From NCBI GenBank assembly GCA_964624055.1, contig CAZUXZ010000103.1, positions 1 through 48,467 of the forward strand: a stretch of 48,467 nt of DNA, in the 5' to 3' direction. Source of the DNA: an uncultured Rhizobiaceae bacterium (GTDB lineage Bacteria; Pseudomonadota; Alphaproteobacteria; UBA828). Within the stretch, counting starts at the first letter, position 1, and every line of letters starts with the position of its first letter. This document shows positions 42,088 to 48,467 of this stretch, one piece after another. The translations under genes were made by a program, and so were the position numbers. The notes beneath the pieces are model-generated. The model was not told where the DNA came from and did not search any database. It saw only the letters and a list, made by a program, of their open reading frames with translations.

Positions 42088-42804
42088 TTAACGGCCCCTA
42101 TCGACAGGAAGCGGACGGTCGAGGCGGATTTCTTCTTCACTTATGGCGCAAGCATAGCATAGTGCCTCTATGCCCCTCGCGCGTGCGGTGGCGAAGGCTT
42201 CCGAATATGCCGGGTCGATATCACTGGCCAAGGCGAAGGAGTCGCAATCACCGCGTTGCACGAGATAGAACATAACCGCTCTCCCGCCGGCTTCGGCCAC
42301 CCTGGCAAGCTCGCCTAGATGCTTAGTGCCGCGCTTGGTAACTGAATCAGGAAATTCCGCGATCCCACCGCGGCGCATGAGATGGACATTCTTGACTTCG
42401 ACATAACAGGGCGGTACGCCGTCCGCCTCGAGGAGAATGTCGACGCGCGAATTCTGACCATATTTCACCTCGCGGCGGATATTCGCGTAGCCCGATAGCT
42501 CGGTCACTTCTCCCGCTTGGATGGCCGAGGCGACTATGCCGTTGGGATGCGTCGTGTTGATGCCGACTAGCCCGCGCGCGCCAGGTTCAACGCGGATCAT
42601 CTCCCAGGTATAGCGCAACTTACGTTGGGGGTTGTCCGTCGGAGACAGCCAGGTCTCCGATCCTGGCTCGGTCAGCCCCAGCATGGCGCCAGGATTGGCG
42701 CAATGGGCGGTAACTATGGTGCCATCGTCTTGCTCGTGATCGGAGAGAAACCGCTTATAGCGCTTGACGAGGGTCGAGCGGACGAGGGGCCTAGAAAATT
42801 TCAT
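42088..42804 (-). CDS. sfsA: DNA/RNA nuclease SfsA
   Basis: N-terminus LVKRYKRFLSD and C-terminal PD-(D/E)xK-like CYVEVKNV are typical of SfsA. Confidence 0.9.
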   Translation of the reverse strand: MKFSRPLVRSTLVKRYKRFLSDHEQDDGTIVTAHCANPGAMLGLTEPGSETWLSPTDNPQRKLRYTWEMIRVEPGARGLVGINTTHPNGIVASAIQAGEVTELSGYANIRREVKYGQNSRVDILLEADGVPPCYVEVKNVHLMRRGGIAEFPDSVTKRGTKHLGELARVAEAGGRAVMFYLVQRGDCDSFALASDIDPAYSEAFATARARGIEALCYACAISEEEIRLDRPLPVDRGR

Positions 42805-42874
42805 AGAGCAAAATTATGCCATGTCGGGGCAATCGTCTATGCTCACCCGATCCTTATAAATTCTGGAGATTTTC

Positions 42875-43672
42875 ATGGCCAGACAGCCGAAGATAGTAAC
42901 CGCCGGGCTTCTTCTCATCGGCAACGAGCTCCTCTCTGGGCGGACGCAGGATGCCAATCTCAACTATCTCGCCAAGCAATTAACAGCAATGGGAATCCGC
43001 CTCGCTGAGGCCCGGGTGGTCGGCGATGACGAAAATGAGATCGTCGACGCGGTCAATGCGCTCAGAGCTCGGTATGATTACGTCTTCACAACCGGCGGCA
43101 TCGGACCGACTCATGACGACATCACCTGCGAATGCGTTGCCAAGGCGTTTGACCGGCGCTATGTGATTAACGAAAAGGCGCGCCGCATCCTTGAGGATTA
43201 TTACGATGGCTCCGGGCGCGATCTGAACGAAGCGCGCATGCGCATGGCATATACGCCGGAGGGTGCCGAGCTCGTCGATAACCCGATCAGCCGCGCGCCG
43301 GGCTTCCGGATTGAGAACGTCATTGTCATGGCCGGTATTCCGGCAGTGATGCGCGCCATGTTTGAGACCGTCGCCTCTAGCCTTGAGGGCGGTGCTAAGG
43401 TTGTCTCGCGCACCGTTTCGGTATTGATGGGCGAGGGTGATATCGCGCGCCCTCTTGGTGAGTTGCAGGAGCGCTATGAGAGCCTCGAGATCGGCAGCTA
43501 CCCCTTCGTGCGCAACAGTAGGTTCGGCACGACTTTGGTCCTGCGCGGTACCGACGAGTCAGCCGTAGGAGCAGCCGCGGAGGAGCTAAAATCAATACTT
43601 CGAGATTTTGGTGTTACCCCAGCTGACGAGCCGGTCACCTCCGATGGCAGCTGGCCAAAATCCGAGGCTTAG
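42875..43672 (+). CDS. CinA-like molybdopterin-binding (MoCF_BD) domain protein
   Basis: LLIGNELLSGRTQDANLNYLAK and TTGGIGPTHDDIT motifs of the CinA N-terminal domain. Confidence 0.85.
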   Translation: MARQPKIVTAGLLLIGNELLSGRTQDANLNYLAKQLTAMGIRLAEARVVGDDENEIVDAVNALRARYDYVFTTGGIGPTHDDITCECVAKAFDRRYVINEKARRILEDYYDGSGRDLNEARMRMAYTPEGAELVDNPISRAPGFRIENVIVMAGIPAVMRAMFETVASSLEGGAKVVSRTVSVLMGEGDIARPLGELQERYESLEIGSYPFVRNSRFGTTLVLRGTDESAVGAAAEELKSILRDFGVTPADEPVTSDGSWPKSEA

Positions 43673-43705
43673 ACAGATTTGCTAAAGGCTTCTATCTTGC
43701 GATTC

Positions 43706-43796
43706 ACAGCCTGCGCGGAGCAACAGGTATGCTCTAAGGACTTTAAAGTATGAAGAGTCTTGATTTTGGGGGTTGATAGGAATTTTTCCACGTATC
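43706..43796 (+). repeat. Possible highly degenerate third copy of the tRNA-half/arm repeat at the island's left edge
   Basis: By-eye alignment to 48338-48426 shows shared words AGGTAT, GGACTT(T)AAA, TTGATTT, GGGG(T)T and TTCCA(..)CGT in the same order, with several indels. Confidence 0.3.
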
Positions 43797-43845
43797 TACG
43801 AGCCAAAATCACTCCCCATAGAATGCTTTTAGAAGAGGTTAAATC

Positions 43846-44655
43846 ATGCCAAATATTAATTTGAATGAAAAAATTAACTTGCACTATATGGAAAATGGAT
43901 CGGGTCGTCCTATTGTCTTTGTACATGGCGTATGGATGAGTGGAAAGTATTTCCATAAGCAAGTAAAAGAATTGGGAAAAGATTTTCATGTTATATCTAT
44001 TGATCTTCGTGGTCACGGCAGGTCATCTCACTCCAGCCATGGGCATACTATGGGGTCCTATGCTAGAGATTTACGCGCCTTTATGAAGGAAAAAAATCTA
44101 GTAGATGTTGTTTTAGTTGGTTGGTCTATGGGTTGCATGGTAATCTGGGATTACTTTGAACAGTTTGGAAATACAGATGTATCGGCTACTATATTCGTAG
44201 ATCAAAGCCCCTCAGATTTCAAATGGCCTGATTGGGAACTCGGTGTTTTTGATCTTTCATCTCTTATTGCGATGATGTCAGATGTGCAGACTGATCGTGA
44301 TCGAGTTTTCAAGAATTTTATTCCAATGCTGTTTAACAAACCCCCGTCATATGAAGATTTAGCATGGATGTTAGAAGAATCAATGCTAATGCCGGCTACG
44401 ATTGCGAGTGCAGTATTGTTTGACCAAACCATGCAAGATTATAGAAATAAATTATCAAAAATTAATGTCCCAACATTGGTAATTTCTGGTGGTGCGGAAG
44501 GGAAACTTTTACCTATTGATTCTGTAAAATTTGTTCATAATAAAATCAATGGTTCGAAATTTACTGTCTACGAAAATTCTAATCACTGCCCATTTTTGGA
44601 AGAAACTGATCGTTTTAATAATGATATTATTAAATTCATTAACTCCCTTGATTAA
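43846..44655 (+). CDS. Alpha/beta-fold hydrolase
   Basis: HGVWMSG oxyanion region, nucleophile elbow GWSMG, C-terminal His in NSNHCPFLE. Very AT-rich codon usage compared with the core genes. Confidence 0.85.
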   Translation: MPNINLNEKINLHYMENGSGRPIVFVHGVWMSGKYFHKQVKELGKDFHVISIDLRGHGRSSHSSHGHTMGSYARDLRAFMKEKNLVDVVLVGWSMGCMVIWDYFEQFGNTDVSATIFVDQSPSDFKWPDWELGVFDLSSLIAMMSDVQTDRDRVFKNFIPMLFNKPPSYEDLAWMLEESMLMPATIASAVLFDQTMQDYRNKLSKINVPTLVISGGAEGKLLPIDSVKFVHNKINGSKFTVYENSNHCPFLEETDRFNNDIIKFINSLD

Positions 44656-45150
44656 TATTTTTATGTATTAATTTTAATTTGTATTATAATTTTTATCTCA
44701 CATCCATATTGAATTATTTTACATCTATTAATTCATAGACATGATATTTCTATTGCTAATAAAACATAGGAGATTAAATAGCTTACACCAAGTATCGTGT
44801 CAACAAAGTGGACGCTCGGAAAAATAGCTTCGAGGCGAGCGCTTATATAAATAGTCTGGGCTTGGGTTATGAACCGAATATGACCCGGCCGGATACATCG
44901 GAAAAACTGAATTTGGCCAGTTTCACTTTCCTGCGCTTTCGTCTCACATGTCGAAACAGGTGCAGGTAGAGTTCAACCTGAGGAGATGGAGCAGATGGAG
45001 CCATGGGTCAAGACCCTCACAGTGCACCGGTAGGAGTTTGAGAAGAGACTGTTCAGCTACTGCGGTCCGCACGTCTAACAGGTGATTTGGCCGATGGGGT
45101 TCATCATCAGGTGGCGGTAAGGATACACATAGGGTAGCGAGGATGTAACT

Positions 45151-45351
45151 ATGAGAAAAACTGTTTTAGCCTTAGTCTTTGTTCTGTCTATCGTCAGTCT
45201 TGGGTTATCAGGTTGCGCCAGTAGGGACTGTGTTGGGGTGGAGGATTGCGCTGACGTAACTTCTTACGAGGAGACCGAGGAAAGAGGGTCTGTGGTCAAT
45301 TTTCTTTCTGTAGTCAGTACATTTCTCAGTATTTACACACTGTTCAGGTAA
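45151..45351 (+). CDS. Small putative lipoprotein
   Basis: Signal peptide with lipobox LSGC (LGLSGCAS). AGGA SD 8 nt upstream. 66 aa with a hydrophobic C-terminus. Confidence 0.5.
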   Translation: MRKTVLALVFVLSIVSLGLSGCASRDCVGVEDCADVTSYEETEERGSVVNFLSVVSTFLSIYTLFR

Positions 45352-45431
45352 TCTTGTTTGTCGGTCATAAGTCACGCACACTGGATAAGTTTTTTACCTG
45401 CGATGGATCACCAAAAAGGAGAGAAATCCAA

Positions 45432-45812
45432 ATGTTTTCCCATATAATGATCGGTTCGAATGACGTTTTAGCGGCCAGAACTTTTTACGACGCCGTTTTG
45501 GCTACAGTTGGTGTCTCGGAGGGAGAATTTAACGAAGAAACACAGCGAGTTTATTATCGCACCTCGGATGGAACCCTTATTGTTACCAAACCTATGGACG
45601 GCAATCCGGCTACAGTCGCTAACGGAGGTACCCTAGGGTTTACATGCAAGACTCCGGAACAGGCGAAAGCCTTTCATGATGCCGCTGTCGCTAATGGCGG
45701 AGTGAGTATCGAAGACCCACCTGGTTGGCGAATTTTGGGAGAACGGAAGCTCTATCTTGCTTACGTTCGGGATCCATCAGGACATAAACTCTGCGCTACG
45801 CATTACGCTTAA
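45432..45812 (+). CDS. VOC (glyoxalase/bleomycin-resistance/dioxygenase) family protein
   Basis: MFSHIMIGSNDV... and the C-terminal YVRDPSGHKL pattern. AAGGAGA SD. ORF-track start 45354 trimmed. Confidence 0.8.
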   Translation: MFSHIMIGSNDVLAARTFYDAVLATVGVSEGEFNEETQRVYYRTSDGTLIVTKPMDGNPATVANGGTLGFTCKTPEQAKAFHDAAVANGGVSIEDPPGWRILGERKLYLAYVRDPSGHKLCATHYA

Positions 45813-45837
45813 AATGACTACTTGAGACTGGGTGGGT

Positions 45838-46092
45838 TACATTAAGCATGAGCCAGCATGAAGCAGAAGAGGCTACCGAGGGCGTCGTAATGCGAACGAA
45901 AAAGGAAAATTTAACAGCAAGAATATGACAAGCGCTAAAGCACTATTTATGAAACCACTGAAAATTAATTCAAATAACCGTTCCCGCGTGGCGGAACTGG
46001 TATACGCGACCGAGTTAAAATTAAGAAGAACGTTTGTATGATATTGATTTAACGGTGTTTTCCGGAACGCATTTGGCGATGTTTCAAGGATA
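45838..46092 (+). repeat. Direct repeat copy B: decayed integrase 3' end + spacer + degenerate tRNA-Leu 5' half + shared downstream arm
   Basis: Aligns by eye with 48141-48467. Shared strings include CGAGGGC(C/G)T(C)GTAA(C/T)G(T/C)GAACGAAAAA(A/G)GAAAAT, TTATGAAAC(A/C)ACTGAA, CCCGCGTGGCGGAACTGGTATACGCGAC, TTAAAATTAAGA, ACGTTTGTA, TATTGATTT and G(T)TTCAAGGA. Confidence 0.75.
45982..46020 (+). pseudogene. Degenerate tRNA-Leu(UAA) 5' half (G1>T, C32>G and an anticodon-stem change)
   Basis: TCCCGCGTGGCGGAACTGGTATACGCGACCGAGTTAAAA differs at 3 positions from the better copy at 48338-48376. There is no 3' half downstream. Confidence 0.55.
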
Positions 46093-46156
46093 TAACTAAG
46101 CGATAGCTATCTATATGGGCATTGCCTGTTTTGTATTTGATAATGTTTTAACCATA

Positions 46157-46771
46157 TTAATTTAATTGCTCCAAAATCTTAGACCTCTTCGCCGCCGCCT
46201 CTTCTTCAGTTATCAGGCCATCTTCAAAAAGTTGCTTGATCATTTTTAGCTTGGCGTCCACTGGATAATCTTCTGAAAGAACTGCCTGTGAATTTGCACT
46301 GGCGCTACTGCTGCCTTTGGTAGAACCCAATCTCAGCTTGACGACTTCGCCGCGGAACGTCACCCCGGCCACGATCGCGCCCGCGCCGCACATATACTCA
46401 TGCTCGCTCGACACATCCTCTTTCTTGTAATAGCTGTGAATATTGATCACGGCGTCGCCGCCCTTTGTCAGGGCTCGCTTTTGAAAAGAAAGCATTGCCG
46501 AAAGAAATGCCCATTCGCAGGCCGTTTTATCCTTCCTTGCGAATGCGTTGGTTTTCTTGTTGCTCACAAAAGTGCCGAAACTTTCAATAATCGGCGGATG
46601 GGGTTGTTCACCGAAAAAGAATTGAATTTCATTTTCGTTGAGCCGCTCCGAGCCCCTGGAATTCATGGCCTCGAAAATTGGCAGCATAAGCCGTGTATCG
46701 CGCGCCACAGCCTGTGTGGAGGACAAAAGACACAAGATCATGAATGACCCAAAGAAAATCTTCACCTGCAC
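46157..46771 (-). CDS. Exported protein: N-terminal domain of a family often mislabelled excinuclease ATPase subunit, fused to a C-terminal SHOCT domain
   Basis: Signal peptide (...SSTQAVA). FVSNKKTNAFARKDKTACEWAFLSA...VINIHSYYKK...CGAGAIVAGV recalls small periplasmic proteins of gammaproteobacteria. C-terminal KLKMIKQLFEDGLITEEEAAAKRSKIL is SHOCT-like. Confidence 0.65.
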   Translation of the reverse strand: MQVKIFFGSFMILCLLSSTQAVARDTRLMLPIFEAMNSRGSERLNENEIQFFFGEQPHPPIIESFGTFVSNKKTNAFARKDKTACEWAFLSAMLSFQKRALTKGGDAVINIHSYYKKEDVSSEHEYMCGAGAIVAGVTFRGEVVKLRLGSTKGSSSASANSQAVLSEDYPVDAKLKMIKQLFEDGLITEEEAAAKRSKILEQLN

Positions 46772-46944
46772 TTCCTCCTTTTAATGTTTTTACTCACCAG
46801 ATAGGAGAGCCTACTAGCCACTGACGCAATCTATTGATGGCCTCCATAGACGAAACAACACAAGGCGGATTAAATCATAATTTGAAGAACGATCCACTCG
46901 CTGTCTACTTCAGGAATTCCCTGTTCCTTATCTGGCAGCACTTT

Positions 46945-47607
46945 CTATGGGGAAGTTAATTGGCGGATTTGCGCCATGAGATATTCGGCCTTGACGGTGC
47001 CGAAGATCTGCACTGGCAGTCCGGCGCGCTCAAGCCCCTCCGCCGTCCAGGTATTGCAGGTGTTGAGCAGGTGAAACTCGCCGGTCGCCGGATAGAAGCG
47101 GCTGAAGCTGTAGAGGCCCGGGATGATGTGCCGGTCCTCCTCACGTGCGAAGCTGGCGTGGATATGATTGATGAGGCGATCAAACCCCTCGCGTGAGATG
47201 CCCAGCTCAATAATTTCATTGCCGGGAAATACGTCTTGCGGATGCGACGTCAAACCCGCCAGGTGCACCACCGAGGCCGTCGGTAAGAGTGCCGCGCGAA
47301 GGGTCTTGCCCAGGGTTTTGTCCGGCGCCGGAAAATATTCCGCATCTCCCCAGCCGAAGCTGAGATAGCGAGCCCGGGGGAAATCACCCGCTTCCGGTAT
47401 CGCGTCGGCGGGTATTAGGGCTCTGGGCACGACGATCTCGGAATGCCAGCCATTGCTCATAATGTGGATCGCCACACCTTCCGCTGCCGGCTGCCAATCA
47501 CCCGCAGAGGATTCACTCAGTGTGGTTTGCGACGGGCCGCAGGCAGCAAGCCACAGTCCGGCAACCGCAGCCAACAGCCATCCGCTATGAAACCTGCCTT
47601 GGATCAT
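46945..47607 (-). CDS. Exported DUF2459/TIGR02117-like protein
   Basis: Signal/lipobox-like LWLAACGPS. GWHSEIVVP and FGWGDAEYFPAP motifs recalled from DUF2459. The GC content of this gene is visibly higher than its island neighbours. Confidence 0.6.
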   Translation of the reverse strand: MIQGRFHSGWLLAAVAGLWLAACGPSQTTLSESSAGDWQPAAEGVAIHIMSNGWHSEIVVPRALIPADAIPEAGDFPRARYLSFGWGDAEYFPAPDKTLGKTLRAALLPTASVVHLAGLTSHPQDVFPGNEIIELGISREGFDRLINHIHASFAREEDRHIIPGLYSFSRFYPATGEFHLLNTCNTWTAEGLERAGLPVQIFGTVKAEYLMAQIRQLTSP

Positions 47608-47866
47608 CGTCTTTCAATATATATACGTGCGCTTGCGCGCGTTTCAAATGAGTCGGCACCGGCACCGCTGATCCCGGCTCAGAGCTGGTAGACTCGATAA
47701 CCCGCAGAAATTGAAGAGTTTCCATGCGTTCAGCAGAGAGTGTTAACAGGGGGCAGATGTACAGTGAAATATGATTTTACACCTTTTTCGTTTTCCCGCA
47801 TTCACGGGATACCCAGCATGAAAAATAAGGAGAAAAATTATGAATAATAGGTGGCCAAAAGATTAA

Positions 47867-48227
47867 ATTATTGTCTGCAAACGCATGGCCGAGGGTGACT
47901 CGTTCAAGCTCCGGCAGAAGAATCATAACGTGGTGAAGATGGTCTACGCCGGGAAGGTAAAAATGCTCACATTCCCTCAGACACCCGGTGACCATCGGTC
48001 ATTCGACAACTTAATAGGGGAAGTTCACACTCCACTCCCTTCGTGATAGCTACGCGAGTAACCTCGTGAAGAGTGGGAAGGTCGAGTTGTATGAACTCCA
48101 GAAAATTCTTGGACACACCACGCCGCAAATGACACAAAAGTACGCGCACCTAAAACCAAATGAAGCGAGCAAGAAGGCTAAGGCAGTACTGGATAGTGAT
48201 GGTTTGCTGTCGAGGGCCGTAACGTGA
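47867..48227 (+). pseudogene. Tyrosine recombinase (phage-type integrase) C-terminal remnant with a frameshift
   Basis: 48018-48227 reads GKFTLHSLRDSYASNLVKSG...LGHTTPQMTQKYAHL (HxxR box and catalytic Tyr). The upstream part (...FKLRQKNHN...SFDNLIG) is in another frame, joined at the G-run near 48017-48020. The N-terminal two thirds are absent. Confidence 0.72.
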
Positions 48228-48467
48228 ACGAAAAAAGAAAATCTGACGACGAGTTTGCGACAGAAGTGATGCTACTAGTTATGAAACAACTGAATAGGAA
48301 TCTATTAATCCACTGAAATCACTTCTAAATCTACTGTGCCCGCGTGGCGGAACTGGTATACGCGACGGACTTAAAATTAAGAGATACGTTTGTAACCTAT
48401 TGATTTGACAGGGGTTTCCAACACGTTAGGAAACCACTGTACAATGCGCTATTTGTATCAAGGACTT
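48141..48467 (+). repeat. Direct repeat copy C: integrase 3' end + spacer + tRNA-Leu 5' half + shared arm (truncated by the window end)
   Basis: See copy B. This is the best-preserved copy. Confidence 0.75.
48338..48376 (+). tRNA. Partial tRNA-Leu(UAA): canonical positions 1-38 only (acceptor 5' strand, D arm, anticodon 5' stem and loop CTTAAAA). No matching 3' half in the window
   Basis: GCCCGCG TG GCGG AACTGGTATA CGC G ACGGA CTTAAAA parallels E. coli tRNA-Leu(UAA) segment by segment (T8, A14, G18G19, A21, 3-bp D stem). The following TTAAG cannot pair with ACGGA. Confidence 0.55.

Larger units (their letters stand above)
43673..48467. mobile_element. Degenerate low-GC genomic island (at least two cargo modules), runs off the window end
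   Basis: Abrupt drop in GC right after the cinA-like stop. AT-rich codon usage in several cargo genes. Integrase remnants and repeated tRNA-Leu 5'-half modules at about 43.7, 46.0 and 48.3 kb. Confidence 0.65.

Noticed and set aside
43669-44016. 115-aa minus-strand ORF overlapping the start of the alpha/beta hydrolase gene
   Set aside because: It is an AT-rich shadow frame opposite a gene with clear hydrolase motifs. Its translation is low-complexity (Ile/Phe/Lys/Asn).
47777-48149. Minus-strand ORFs 47777-47995 and 47967-48149
   Set aside because: They lie opposite the integrase remnant, whose plus-strand frame carries the diagnostic HxxR and LGH...Y motifs.

Overview
This window looks like an alphaproteobacterial chromosome segment. 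It is GC-rich by eye, it carries the alphaproteobacteria-restricted F1-ATPase inhibitor zeta subunit (DUF1476), and it has a purC-purS-purQ-purL-bolA-grxD arrangement. About 43.6 kb is densely packed core metabolism. That includes cell-envelope genes (LysM L,D-transpeptidase, MipA/OmpV porin-like protein, DUF882/M15A peptidase), a translationally coupled cysK-alaX-sseA sulfur cluster and the DgcN/DgcA D-glutamate pair. It also includes methylmalonyl-CoA mutase, an ATM1-type ABC exporter, gabD-gor, class II DAHP synthase, pncB-nadE, cysS, rpsD, the pur cluster, purB, map, sfsA and a cinA-like gene. Two parts stand out. (1) At 30.7-40.4 kb there is an uncharacterised catabolic neighbourhood. It holds a split ThDP decarboxylase, two SDRs, ATP-dependent hydantoinase/oxoprolinase HyuA/HyuB and two Asp/Glu/hydantoin-racemase paralogs, one of which has lost a catalytic Cys. 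purB sits inside the same tightly spaced operon. (2) From 43.67 kb to the window end there is an abrupt low-GC island made of at least two cargo modules. The modules are bounded by repeats that each contain a tRNA-Leu(UAA) 5' half ending at the anticodon loop, and two of the repeats are preceded by tyrosine-integrase 3' remnants. No intact tRNA, rRNA, CRISPR array, transposase or recognisable defence, toxin or secretion system is visible. Two stop-interrupted gene remnants flank map. ORF-track N-terminal extensions were trimmed where conserved N-termini, SD sites or stop-start overlaps supported it. All family calls rest on motif recognition by eye, not on searches.
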